This document shows, piece after piece, positions 44,985-53,866 of a DNA stretch of 64,000 bases. Both the position numbers and the translations under genes were made by a program. Numbering within the stretch: the stretch's first letter is position 1; the number at the start of each line of letters is the position of its first letter. The DNA is from a virus (Duplodnaviria > Caudoviricetes), in the IMG/VR virus record IMGVR_UViG_2912464834_000002. The stretch is one strand, 5' to 3'. The notes below the pieces were generated by a model. The model was given only the letters and a program-made list of their open reading frames with translations. It had not been told where the DNA came from and did not search any database.

Positions 44985-45413
44985 ATGACCGACAACGTAT
45001 CGGGGAGCGCTCGCGTCGAAGAGCGATTTCGTGCCGGAGAACGCCGATTCTCGAAGCTTGAACGTCGAATCGATGAGAGCGATGAGCAGGTGAAGGCTCA
45101 CCTGCAACAGCAGGATGCGCACCTTCAACAGCAGGACGAGAAGATCGATACGCTCGTCGCCGAGATGGCTGACCTCCGAGCGGACACGAAATCGATTCAG
45201 GCGAATACGCAGTCGATGGTCGATACATGGGAGGGCGGCGCGCGCGCAGTGCGCGCGTTGTGCCGTCTTGCCGATGCGTGGCGCTTCCTTGTCCGGCACG
45301 TCGCCGGCCCGACGATCGCGTTCGGCACGGTCGGTGTGATCGTCTTTCGCTATATGCGACACGAACCGATCCCCGATTGGGCGAGCGCGGTCGTGAAACT
45401 GCTTCTGGGATGA
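44985..45413 (+). CDS. Coiled-coil membrane protein (holin/antiholin-like)
   Basis: Coiled coil plus C-terminal TM; directly upstream of the endolysin. Confidence 0.55.
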   Translation: MTDNVSGSARVEERFRAGERRFSKLERRIDESDEQVKAHLQQQDAHLQQQDEKIDTLVAEMADLRADTKSIQANTQSMVDTWEGGARAVRALCRLADAWRFLVRHVAGPTIAFGTVGVIVFRYMRHEPIPDWASAVVKLLLG

Positions 45414-45982
45414 CCATGACACCACAAACTCTTTCCGCCGCGCTGCGGATCCCGCTCGCGCGTGCGATGCCGTGGGCAGATCCGCTTTCAGCCGCTATGG
45501 CGCTGTATGCGATCGACTCTCCCGCGCGGCAGGCTGCGTTTCTCGCGCAGTGCGGTCATGAGACGGGCGGTTTCCAGTGGCTCCGCGAGATCTGGGGGCC
45601 GACGGCGGCGCAGCGCGCGTACGAGCCGCCGGCCGCGAAGGCGGCGGAGCTGGGCAACACGCAGGCCGGAGATGGCTTCCGGTACCGCGGCGGCGGCCTG
45701 TTGCAGCTCACCGGCCGCTACAACTTCCGTGAGATGGGCCAGAAGATCGGCATCGACCTCGAGGGCAACCCGGACCTGATCGCGCAGCCTTCCACAGCAG
45801 CGCATGCCTCGGCGCAGTTCTGGGCTGACCACGCGCTCAGCGCCTTTGCCGACGCAGGCGACTTCCTCTCGATCAGCCGCGCGATCAATCTCGGCAATCC
45901 GCGCTCGGCGGCGACACCGAACGGCATGCCGGACCGCCTGGCACTCTGGGGTTCCTGCAAGAAGGCGCTCGGCGTGGCCTGA
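45410..45982 (+). CDS. Endolysin, glycoside hydrolase family 19
   Basis: AAFLAQCGHETGG...LGNTQAGDGFRYRGGGLLQLTGRYN. Confidence 0.9.
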   Translation: MTMTPQTLSAALRIPLARAMPWADPLSAAMALYAIDSPARQAAFLAQCGHETGGFQWLREIWGPTAAQRAYEPPAAKAAELGNTQAGDGFRYRGGGLLQLTGRYNFREMGQKIGIDLEGNPDLIAQPSTAAHASAQFWADHALSAFADAGDFLSISRAINLGNPRSAATPNGMPDRLALWGSCKKALGVA

Positions 45983-46059
45983 CGCGCCAGTTTTCGATTT
46001 TTGGAAATTTCGCAATCCAGCCTGGCCGCGCGCCGGGCTTTTTCATTTCTGGACCAGAC

Positions 46060-46695
46060 ATGACTCTATGCAGCCATGACGTCGCGCTCGAGCAGCGCTG
46101 CGAGAAGTGCACGGCCGAGGGCCTCGCCGGCCTGCCGAAGATCGCCGGCGAGCACGCCGTGCGCGTGACCGACGTCGAGATCGAGTACTACCCGGATCAC
46201 GCCGAGCCGCGCACCGAGTCGGCGACGTTTCGCCATACGAAGAAGGTCGGCCATGCCGCCGGCCTGCGCTGCTCGATCAGCGGCCAGCCAGCGCCCGAGT
46301 ACCACCACCTGTTCTGCGAGTGGGCCGATTCCGATGGCGTCGACTGGGCGACCGTGCGCGGCATCGCGCTCGGCGAGATCAAGGAAATCCCAGTGCTCGA
46401 TCCCGAGACCGACCAGCCGACGAAGGAACTGTATCCCGCCGAGGAATCCTTCATCTGGCTCATCTGCAAGCTCGTCGAGCTGCGCGGCTTCGACTGGCAT
46501 GCGTTCGACCCAGCGAAGCCCGAGACCTTCGTCGACGCGATGGTGAACATGCTGCCGCTCTCCGCGAAGTTCCATCGGTCTCCGACGCACGGCATCCATC
46601 ACCGGTCGTTCCCGACCTACGTGTTCCAGGCGTTCCCGCGCAAGGCCGGGTTCGTCTTCACCCCGGACGAGCTCGTCCAAGACCACAAGGAGTAG
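46060..46695 (+). CDS. Hypothetical His/Cys-rich protein (HNH-like?)
   Basis: YPDHAEPRTES...EYHHLFCEW...HRSPTHGIH. Confidence 0.6.
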   Translation: MTLCSHDVALEQRCEKCTAEGLAGLPKIAGEHAVRVTDVEIEYYPDHAEPRTESATFRHTKKVGHAAGLRCSISGQPAPEYHHLFCEWADSDGVDWATVRGIALGEIKEIPVLDPETDQPTKELYPAEESFIWLICKLVELRGFDWHAFDPAKPETFVDAMVNMLPLSAKFHRSPTHGIHHRSFPTYVFQAFPRKAGFVFTPDELVQDHKE

Positions 46696-46697
46696 CC

Positions 46698-46892
46698 ATG
46701 CCGAGATCCATTCTGCAAACCGGCGCTGTCACGTTCACCGCGTCGTCGTTTGTCCCGCTCATCGATTGGGCCGCATCTGCGATGGGCGTGAAGATTCCGC
46801 TCGATGCACAGCTGCAAATCGCGGCAGGGCTGATCACGATCGGGCACGCCATCGTCGATCGCTTTTTCCCGCAAGCCGTCACCCAGCAATAA
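46698..46892 (+). CDS. Small membrane protein, possible holin
   Basis: 64 aa, two hydrophobic segments, AAGGAG RBS. Confidence 0.55.
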   Translation: MPRSILQTGAVTFTASSFVPLIDWAASAMGVKIPLDAQLQIAAGLITIGHAIVDRFFPQAVTQQ

Positions 46893-46934
46893 CCACATGC
46901 CGCGCGCCGCGGCACCACTCCTGAAGGATCCTTC

Positions 46935-47618
46935 ATGAAGAAGCTCATGCTGCTCGCGGCAGGCATTGCTGCGTCCGCTTTCCTCGTCTCCGGTTGCCAG
47001 TCGCTCGGCCCGGTTCAGCAATCGCCAGCCCAGATTGCCGCAGTCTTGTGCCCGGCGACGAACAGCGCAATCACCCAGATCACGGCATTCAATGCGGCCA
47101 TGGCGCCGACGCTTCCGTCCGCTGCGAACGCGAACGTCGTGCTCGAAAAGACCGTCACACCGATCGTCGCCGGCGCGTGTGCAGCCGGCGCGACGATCAC
47201 GTCGTCGAGCGTCCAAGCGCTCATCACGCAGGGCATCCCGGCAATCGCTGGTGTCGTCGCGGCACTCCCGCTGGCGCCGACGACTCAGGCGGCCATTCAG
47301 GCAGGATTCGCGGCAGCCGAGCTGGCCGTGAATCTGGTCGGGATGTACGAAAACGCGCTTCAGGCGGCGAAGACGTCGGCCGCGATCCCGGCTGCCGTGC
47401 CCATTCAGGCACCCGTCACGACGTCGAAGGCGATGACGAAGTTTCAGCCCGGTGACGTGTTGACTGCTGAAGATCTCAACCGGAATTTCCAGTCGCTCAA
47501 TCGTCGTCTCGAAACGCTCGAAGCGCATTCTCAGCCGGTTGAGTTGACCGACGGCTTTTTCATGGTGCCGGCGGTCAATTACCCGTCGACGCCGCTCGCT
47601 GGCACGCCGCTGCAATGA
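46935..47618 (+). CDS. Lipoprotein
   Basis: MKK + hydrophobic stretch + LVSG-C lipobox. Confidence 0.7.
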   Translation: MKKLMLLAAGIAASAFLVSGCQSLGPVQQSPAQIAAVLCPATNSAITQITAFNAAMAPTLPSAANANVVLEKTVTPIVAGACAAGATITSSSVQALITQGIPAIAGVVAALPLAPTTQAAIQAGFAAAELAVNLVGMYENALQAAKTSAAIPAAVPIQAPVTTSKAMTKFQPGDVLTAEDLNRNFQSLNRRLETLEAHSQPVELTDGFFMVPAVNYPSTPLAGTPLQ

Positions 47619-47923
47619 AGCTCGAAGAACAGAAGCACGACGACGGCACGCGGTCGATGCTGTTCGAGTGCCCGGGCTGCGACATGCTGCACGTCGTCTA
47701 TGTCAAGGATGGCCGGTCGAATGGTCGGCCGGTGTGGCAGTGGAACGGCAGCATGGCCAAGCCGACCTTCTCGCCGTCCGTGCTGGTTCGCTACCCGTGT
47801 GGCGAGAGCCGTGAGGAACGCGTCTGCCATTCGTTCGTGCGAGAAGGGCGCATTCAGTACCTCAACGACTGCACGCACGCCCTTGCCGGTCAAACGGTCG
47901 ATCTGCCGGAGATCGAGCCATGA
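47615..47923 (+). CDS. Small Zn-binding protein (DUF6527-like)
   Basis: FECPGC...WNGS..KPTFSPS...CHSFV..G.IQYL.DCTH. Confidence 0.7.
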   Translation: MKLEEQKHDDGTRSMLFECPGCDMLHVVYVKDGRSNGRPVWQWNGSMAKPTFSPSVLVRYPCGESREERVCHSFVREGRIQYLNDCTHALAGQTVDLPEIEP

Positions 47924-48519
47924 CCCCGCGCGACTACGCACTGCTCGCGCAAGAGGCGTATTCCGCGAAGCCGGACATCGGCAAGGCGGCCAGCGCCTCG
48001 CGCGCGATCGTCCGGCAGACGGCGGCCGGCCTGGTCGTTGCCTTCCCGGGCACTGACAATCTCGACTGCGTGGCGGCCGATCTCGACGCGCATCCGATCG
48101 ACGTGATCGGCATCGGCCAGGTGCATCACGGATTCTGGAAGGCGTGGGGTGCGATTGCTGTCGACGTGCTCGCCGCGATCGATGGCCACCCGGTGACGCT
48201 CGTCGGGCACTCGCTCGGCGCCGCGATTGCGATCATGGCGGCGTCGGCGATGGTGGCCGCTGGCCACGCGCCAGTTGCTGTCTACGGCTTCGAGCCGCCG
48301 CGGGTGAGCACGAACGGGAGCGTCGCGGCGTTGCTCGCGGAGGTGCCGCTGAAGCTGTATAAGAACGGGAACGACATCGTGCCCGAGCTCCCGCTCGACT
48401 GGCACCACGCTGGCGTTATTCAGCAGATCGGACGCCCGATGTTTCCAATCCCGAATGTGACGGATCATGCGATCTCGCGGGTGATTACGGCTTTGTCTGC
48501 AACGGCAAGCGGGGCATAA
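47920..48519 (+). CDS. Class 3 lipase-like alpha/beta hydrolase
   Basis: VAFPGT, VHHGF, GHSLG nucleophile motif, DIVP and DH. Confidence 0.85.
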   Translation: MTPRDYALLAQEAYSAKPDIGKAASASRAIVRQTAAGLVVAFPGTDNLDCVAADLDAHPIDVIGIGQVHHGFWKAWGAIAVDVLAAIDGHPVTLVGHSLGAAIAIMAASAMVAAGHAPVAVYGFEPPRVSTNGSVAALLAEVPLKLYKNGNDIVPELPLDWHHAGVIQQIGRPMFPIPNVTDHAISRVITALSATASGA

Positions 48520-48537
48520 AAGGGCAGCGACTATTGC

Positions 48538-48753
48538 TCAAACTACGAAGGGATGCGCCATCGTAATAGCGTGAGAAGCCTCCAGATGGCGGATGACCTC
48601 ATCTATCAACTTGCTTAGTTCCGTTTCGATTTCTTCGCCGCTCATAGAGCGCAGCAGGCCCAAATTACGGGCAGCAGAGTCTATCTCTTCCTTTGTTATC
48701 CGGAGGAAGGGGTGCAACTGATCGGGGCGACGCAGATCGTTGTTCGAGGTCAT
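48538..48753 (-). CDS. Hypothetical protein (AT-richer moron)
   Basis: 71 aa on the strand opposite the late genes. Confidence 0.5.
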   Translation of the reverse strand: MTSNNDLRRPDQLHPFLRITKEEIDSAARNLGLLRSMSGEEIETELSKLIDEVIRHLEASHAITMAHPFVV

Positions 48754-48873
48754 TTATATGGTCTCTCGTTCAATTGTGGAAGTTGCTCAATTAAGCTGTA
48801 AGGGATTCTACACGGCTTCTATGCTGCGCCGGCTTGGAGCGCAAGAGCGATGCGGGATACCGATTGCACTTGC

Positions 48874-49107
48874 TCAGAAGTAGCGCTGGGCGAGCAGGTC
48901 GCAGGCTTCGTCGTCGAACCCCATCGCGTGCACTCACCGGCTGCACCCATGATTCGGGTTCGAGCGCATCGGCACGCATTTCGAGCAGGTACAATGCGCG
49001 ATGCCCGCTCCAGGCTCGGCGGTGCCTGCCCAGTGCTCGCATGTCCAGCACGTGCGCGTGACCGTGCGAACGTGCAGGCCAATATATCCGCCACCGTTCT
49101 TTTCCAT
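48874..49107 (-). pseudogene. Small Cys-rich gene with in-frame TGA, behind a LexA box
   Basis: MEKNGGG...CWTCEHW...GCSR*VHAMGFDDE... Confidence 0.5.
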
Positions 49108-49121
49108 GATGCGAAACAATG

Positions 49122-49137
49122 CTGTATATATATACAG
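49122..49137. promoter_or_regulatory. LexA (SOS) box
   Basis: Perfect palindrome CTGTATATATATACAG. Confidence 0.85.
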
Positions 49138-49160
49138 TGTATCGCCGCTTCAGGCCAAGG

Positions 49161-50240
49161 CTAGGATTTTTCGGTTTTCCGCGGCGCGAGGCGGTCTAGC
49201 CATTTCCACCCGGCCCAGCGGTCTCCGCTATGGCGCAGGTGCGTATAGCGCTTCAGCGAGATCCAGCTCCGGTGTCCCGTTACAGCCGCCACGTGAGGGA
49301 TATTCCAGCCCATCTCGAACAGCCGCGACGCGCCCTCGTGGCGCAGATCGTGAAATTTCAGGTCTTCGATGCCGAGGAATGCGCAGGCGTCCGTGAAGCT
49401 GTCGCTGATCGACCGGTGATTGTATGGGAAGATCGGGCCCGAGGCAGGGCGCAAAGCCTCGACGATCCGCGCGGCCTCTGGCGGCACGTCGCACCACGTG
49501 TCGTTTCCTTTTTTTTGTCCCGGGTGCTTCATGTCGCGCACCAGCTGCCGATCGCCCTCGAAGTCCTCGATCCGGATCCTGGTAATTTCTTCCTGCCGGC
49601 GCGTGGAGAACATCGCGTAGACGATGATCTGGCGCATCGGGATCGTAGCCCGGCCGCGCGTCTCCATCTCGGTGTAGTAGGTGAGGATCCGGTCGAGTTC
49701 GTCCGGTGTCGGCCGGCGGTCGCGGTTTCGTGATCGATCTGTCATGCCGAGCCGCCGCAAGACGACCATCGCGTCGTCCAGCTCTTTCTCGTCAAGCGGG
49801 TACCCCCATCCCGGCCGCGCAATGCGCACGACGGCCGCCAAATGCGAGATGTAGTTGCTGACTGTCTGCGGCTGCACATTCAAACTGCGCGCGAAATCGA
49901 CATAGTCGGGGCTTTTCAACGTCGAGCACTTCCGGCTGCCAATCGGCGCGGCCTTGATCGAGTTCAGCACCTGCGTCTTGGTGCGGCCGATTCCTTTCTT
50001 GTCCTCCCTCACGTAGCGGTCGATCACGTCCTTCAGCGGCGGATCTTCCTGCTTGGCCGACTCAAGCGCACCGGGCGCCGCGAGCGCCTTTTCGCGCTTC
50101 TCCATCCAGGCCCGTGCGGCCGCCTCCCTGTCGAATGTCTCCGCTTCGGTGTAGACGACTTTCCCTTTCTCCTTTCGGCGAATCTGGGCGGTGTACCCTA
50201 TACTTCCATCCTTACGTTTTCTCGGCGTGATCGTTCCCAT
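49161..50240 (-). CDS. Tyrosine integrase (dusA-associated)
   Basis: STRRQEEI (R), FHDLRHEG (HxxR), TGH and LKRYTH (Y); adjacent to attR. Confidence 0.93.
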   Translation of the reverse strand: MGTITPRKRKDGSIGYTAQIRRKEKGKVVYTEAETFDREAAARAWMEKREKALAAPGALESAKQEDPPLKDVIDRYVREDKKGIGRTKTQVLNSIKAAPIGSRKCSTLKSPDYVDFARSLNVQPQTVSNYISHLAAVVRIARPGWGYPLDEKELDDAMVVLRRLGMTDRSRNRDRRPTPDELDRILTYYTEMETRGRATIPMRQIIVYAMFSTRRQEEITRIRIEDFEGDRQLVRDMKHPGQKKGNDTWCDVPPEAARIVEALRPASGPIFPYNHRSISDSFTDACAFLGIEDLKFHDLRHEGASRLFEMGWNIPHVAAVTGHRSWISLKRYTHLRHSGDRWAGWKWLDRLAPRKTEKS

Positions 50241-50360
50241 GGTCCCCGGTGCTACGCGGCAAAAATCGGAGCTACATCGTAGCACCATAGCCAAAATATT
50301 CTCAATTTTCCTACGGGATTCTCAGGAATTCTGCGCCGCCGATAGAGAGTTAAGTGTCTG

Positions 50361-51401
50361 ATGTTTCAGGAAAATTCAATAAAATCAACGGGTAGGCGTG
50401 TTTCGGTGGCCCCGATGCTCGACTGGACCGACCGTCATTGCCGTTCGTTCCACCGGACGCTGACGCGCGATACGTGGCTGTATACGGAGATGATCACGAC
50501 GGGCGCGCTGTTGTTCGGCGATGCCCAGCGGCATCTTGCGTTCACGCCGAACGAATCGCCGGTCGCGCTGCAGTTGGGCGGCAGCGAGCGCGACGATCTG
50601 GCGCGCGCGGCGAAGCTCGGCGAGCAGTGGGGCTACGACGAAATCAACCTGAATTGCGGATGTCCGTCCGAGCGTGTGCAGCGCGGCGCGTTCGGCGCGT
50701 GCCTGATGAACGAGCCGCAACTCGTCGCGGACTGCGTGAAGGCGATGCGCGATGCGGTGTCGGTGCCGGTTACGGTCAAGCACCGGATCGGTGTCGACGC
50801 GGTCGAGGACTACGCATTCGTGCGCGACTTCGTCGGCACGGTGGCCGAGGCTGGCTGCGAAACGTTCGTCGTGCATGCACGCAATGCGATCCTGAAAGGG
50901 TTGTCGCCGAAAGAGAACCGCGAGATCCCGCCGCTCAAGTACGACTATGCGTATCGGTTGAAGCGCGATTTTCCTTCGCTCGAGATCGTCATCAACGGCG
51001 GCATCACGACGCTCGACGAGGTTGCGCAGCATCTCGAGCATGTCGACGGCGTGATGCTCGGCCGCGAGGCGTATCACAACCCGTACGTGCTCGCGGAGGT
51101 CGATGCACGCTTCTATGGATCGACGGCAGCGACGCCGACGCGCGAAGAGGCCGAGGCGAAGCTGATCGAATACTGCGCGGCCGAACTGAAGCGCGGCACC
51201 TACCTCGGCGCGATCGTGCGGCATGCGCTCGGACTGTATCGCGGGATGCCCGGTGCACGTGGCTGGCGTCGTGTGCTGTCGGACAACAAGAAGCTTGCAC
51301 GCGGCGATCTGGCCGTGTTCGACGAGGCGCGCGCGCATCTGAACGAGGCCGAAGAAGTTTTTGAAAAAAAAGCTTTGCAAGATTCAAAAGTGTTCGTATA
51401 A
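50361..51401 (+). CDS. dusA: tRNA-dihydrouridine synthase A with phage-supplied N-terminus
   Basis: APMLDWTDRHCR, LQLGG, INLNCGCPS, VHAR and GVMLGR motifs. Confidence 0.96.
   Translation: MFQENSIKSTGRRVSVAPMLDWTDRHCRSFHRTLTRDTWLYTEMITTGALLFGDAQRHLAFTPNESPVALQLGGSERDDLARAAKLGEQWGYDEINLNCGCPSERVQRGAFGACLMNEPQLVADCVKAMRDAVSVPVTVKHRIGVDAVEDYAFVRDFVGTVAEAGCETFVVHARNAILKGLSPKENREIPPLKYDYAYRLKRDFPSLEIVINGGITTLDEVAQHLEHVDGVMLGREAYHNPYVLAEVDARFYGSTAATPTREEAEAKLIEYCAAELKRGTYLGAIVRHALGLYRGMPGARGWRRVLSDNKKLARGDLAVFDEARAHLNEAEEVFEKKALQDSKVFV
50415..50430 (+). repeat. attR core of prophage 1
   Basis: Exact repeat of 377-392. Confidence 0.92.
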
Positions 51402-51402
51402 T
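51375..51402 (+). promoter_or_regulatory. Sigma70 promoter for tRNA-His
   Basis: TTGCAA-16-TATAAT overlapping the dusA stop; a 15-bp inverted repeat follows (51404-51443). Confidence 0.7.
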
Positions 51403-51457
51403 CTTGTTCTTCGCTGCTGAAACACAAAAGCAGCGAAGAACAAAAAGCAGTAACAGT

Positions 51458-51534
51458 GGTGGCTGTAGCTCAGTTGGTAGAGTCCAGGATTGTGATTCCT
51501 GTCGTCGTGGGTTCGAGTCCCATCAGCCACCCCA
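51458..51534 (+). tRNA. tRNA-His (GTG)
   Basis: G-1, GTGGCTG/CAGCCAC acceptor stem, CAGGA-TTGTGAT-TCCTG anticodon arm, GTTCGA T-loop, CCA end. Confidence 0.97.
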
Positions 51535-51563
51535 AAGAATTCTGAGCAGTATCAAGCAGTTAG

Positions 51564-51602
51564 AAACGGCACTGAGATTTTATCCAGTGCCGTTTTTGTT
51601 TT
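51564..51602 (+). terminator. Terminator after tRNA-His
   Basis: AAACGGCACTG...CAGTGCCGTTTTTGTTTT. Confidence 0.75.
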
Positions 51603-51621
51603 GGAATTCCCAAATTGGGAA

Positions 51622-52647
51622 TTACATGCCTCTTCGCTTTACGATTTTCGTTCGATCGTAGACGCGCGCCGTCGTCGCCGGATTCGCATGCAAGTCCGGC
51701 AATGCGCCGCGTTCCGCCTTATGCCGCGTCACGTAATACGCGCGCAGGTCGTGGAACGTAAAGCGCCTCCCGATCTTCTTCAGCTCCAGGGCCTTGCTCA
51801 TCAGCTTCGACCATTCGGTCTTGAAGCCGGCCGGCGTGTAGTGCGTCGCGTATCGATTCGAGAACACGTATAGGCAGTCGTCCTTGCGAGCAGCGCGCAG
51901 GCGCGCGATCAGTTCGGTCAGAGCGGGCGTGATCTCGATATGCTCGATCACCTCGCCGCGTTTCTTGCCGCGCTGCTTCGCGCGCTTGACGCGGATCTCG
52001 CCGGCGGCTTCGTCGATCTGAGGCCACGCGAGATCGAGAAACTCGACCTTCCGGTTGCCCGCCAGCGCCGCATATTCGGCGGCCATGCCGATGACCGCCT
52101 TTTGTCCGCCGAGCGACGCTACCCAGGCGGCGAACGACTGGAAGTCTTCCGGTTCGGGTGCTTCGGTGCGCGGCTGCTCCTCGTTCCGACGAACCTCGCG
52201 ACAGGGGTTATGCTTGGCCTCGCCGCGGTCGATCGCCAGACCGATCAGGTTCGAAAGCAGCGCAACCTCGCGGTTGGCGCGCACCGGCGCGGCTGCGCGC
52301 TCGATGCGCAGATAGCGCGAGACGTGTGTCGCGTCGATGTCGGCGGCGCGCATGTCGCCGAACGTTTCCAGCAGCGGCCCGCTGCATTGCTTGTAGTCGT
52401 TGCGCGTGTACTGCGAGTAGCGCTGCCATCCGGGCGTCTCCTGGAACTGCTCCCATAGCCGCGCGATCGTGCCAACGTCGTCGCCGGCGCCGAGCAGGTC
52501 GAGCACCTTGCGTATTGCGACGAGCCGGTCCTGGCCGAGGTTGATCGGCTTCTTCCCGACCGGGTGATAGCGGTACGTGAAGCCTTCCTTCCGTTTCCGC
52601 GCCTCCATGCGCGGCAGGAGGCCATCACGTTCCCGGTGCTTCTTCAT
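51622..52647 (-). CDS. Tyrosine integrase
   Basis: AGNRKVE (R), FHDLRA, LH and RVYDR (Y); ATGA-coupled to the upstream gene. Confidence 0.9.
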   Translation of the reverse strand: MKKHRERDGLLPRMEARKRKEGFTYRYHPVGKKPINLGQDRLVAIRKVLDLLGAGDDVGTIARLWEQFQETPGWQRYSQYTRNDYKQCSGPLLETFGDMRAADIDATHVSRYLRIERAAAPVRANREVALLSNLIGLAIDRGEAKHNPCREVRRNEEQPRTEAPEPEDFQSFAAWVASLGGQKAVIGMAAEYAALAGNRKVEFLDLAWPQIDEAAGEIRVKRAKQRGKKRGEVIEHIEITPALTELIARLRAARKDDCLYVFSNRYATHYTPAGFKTEWSKLMSKALELKKIGRRFTFHDLRAYYVTRHKAERGALPDLHANPATTARVYDRTKIVKRRGM

Positions 52648-52850
52648 GCTGCGACTCTCCATTTCGGCTGCGCGCGCGGCGCGGCTTCGGCGCGCGGGCG
52701 GTTGACCTGCTCCCACGTCAGCATGGGATGCCCGTCAGCCTTTCGCGGCGCGTCGATGCCGAGTGCTTTCTTGATCCACCGGGCCTGCGCCGCACCCTGT
52801 TTCAGGCCGCCCGTCAGCTCGACGAGCTCGTCATTGGTCACGATTGGCAT
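52644..52850 (-). CDS. DUF4224-like excisionase
   Basis: DELVELTG...AQARW...GI...ADGHP. Confidence 0.75.
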   Translation of the reverse strand: MPIVTNDELVELTGGLKQGAAQARWIKKALGIDAPRKADGHPMLTWEQVNRPRAEAAPRAQPKWRVAA

Positions 52851-52852
52851 GG

Positions 52853-53866
52853 CTACACCTCCGGGAATTCGTCGTGCGTACGGCCGTCGAGGTGGCGGCC
52901 GGCGGCGCGCTTTCCGACCTTGGTAAAGTGGTGGTTCGCCGCGAAGCGGAAAACTGGCTCACGAGCTGGTGTCGTCCCGCATCCGCGGATAGCCGTGCCA
53001 TTCGGCTCGACAGGCAGCCATTCGCCCCATTGCTTGAACAGAAACGGCACGCCGTAGGCCGTGCACTGGTCGCGAAGATCTCGGGCCCAGCCGGGATGCA
53101 TCGGCCGCGCGCCGGGGCCGCTTTCGCCGCCGACGATCACCCAGTCGAGTCTGGGCGAGCTGTACCCCGAACCGTCGTCGGCATATTCGGTGGTCGGCCC
53201 GTGGATCCATGGCGCATCGGCAGGGCAGTCTTCGCAGGACTGCATTTCCCGCATGCAGCAGACACCCGTTGGATCGAACCAGGCTCGAAGATCGACCGGC
53301 CCGAGCAGCGGCTCCATCGATAGAAACCGGCGGCGCGCCGGCGTCATGAGAAGCTTTTCGATGTCGCGATCGGCCTCGACCTGGTCGACGATCGTCGCGC
53401 CGAGCGAGACACCCGGCCAGGGTAGCTCGTCCCACGTGTTGATCCCGCACGACAGCTCGTCGACGACTTCGTTTAGCATCGCGTGCGCGTTGCCGATCCG
53501 CTTCGTCAAGAGCAGCCAGTCGAGGTTCGGCGTCTTGGCGATCAACCTGAACAGGTCGACGCGCCATGCCGGATCGACGGCGTTGTCGAACACGTCAGCA
53601 AGCGACGCGCAGAATACGCGCTGGCGCCGGCCGTGCGCGGCGAAAAACTCGGCATGTGCCTCTTCCCATGCGAGCGGCTTGCGCCAATTCGCCTGCGACG
53701 TGCGGCGGCGCGGCGCGCCGGGCCCCCAGTTCACGGCCGTGCCGCCGGCGAAGCGCGCGTTACGCGTCTCCGCGTAGCAGTGGTCGCAGCCCGGGCCGAT
53801 CTTCTGGCAGCCTTCCCACGGGTTGAAGGTGTGGTCGCACCATTCGATTTTGGTGTTCTCGCTCAC
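52853..53866 (-). CDS. Gp37/Gp68 (DUF5131) radical-SAM-like protein
   Basis: IEWCDHTFNPWEGCQKIGPGCDHCYA...WVIVGGESG...FLFKQWG. Confidence 0.88.
   Translation of the reverse strand: MSENTKIEWCDHTFNPWEGCQKIGPGCDHCYAETRNARFAGGTAVNWGPGAPRRRTSQANWRKPLAWEEAHAEFFAAHGRRQRVFCASLADVFDNAVDPAWRVDLFRLIAKTPNLDWLLLTKRIGNAHAMLNEVVDELSCGINTWDELPWPGVSLGATIVDQVEADRDIEKLLMTPARRRFLSMEPLLGPVDLRAWFDPTGVCCMREMQSCEDCPADAPWIHGPTTEYADDGSGYSSPRLDWVIVGGESGPGARPMHPGWARDLRDQCTAYGVPFLFKQWGEWLPVEPNGTAIRGCGTTPAREPVFRFAANHHFTKVGKRAAGRHLDGRTHDEFPEV

Larger units (their letters stand above)
377..50430. mobile_element. Prophage 1: dusA-integrated, lambdoid control region, lambda-like head, Mu-like contractile tail, DGR
   Basis: Flanking 16-bp att repeats, integrase, repressor/cro, terminase, portal, capsid, sheath, baseplate and endolysin genes. 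Confidence 0.95.

Noticed and set aside
45096-45137. HLQQQD tandem duplication
   Set aside because: A single heptad duplication within a coiled coil; no evidence of a further role.
51404-51443. 15-bp inverted repeat as a mobile element end
   Set aside because: It lies between the tRNA promoter and tRNA-His and is best explained as a leader or terminator hairpin.
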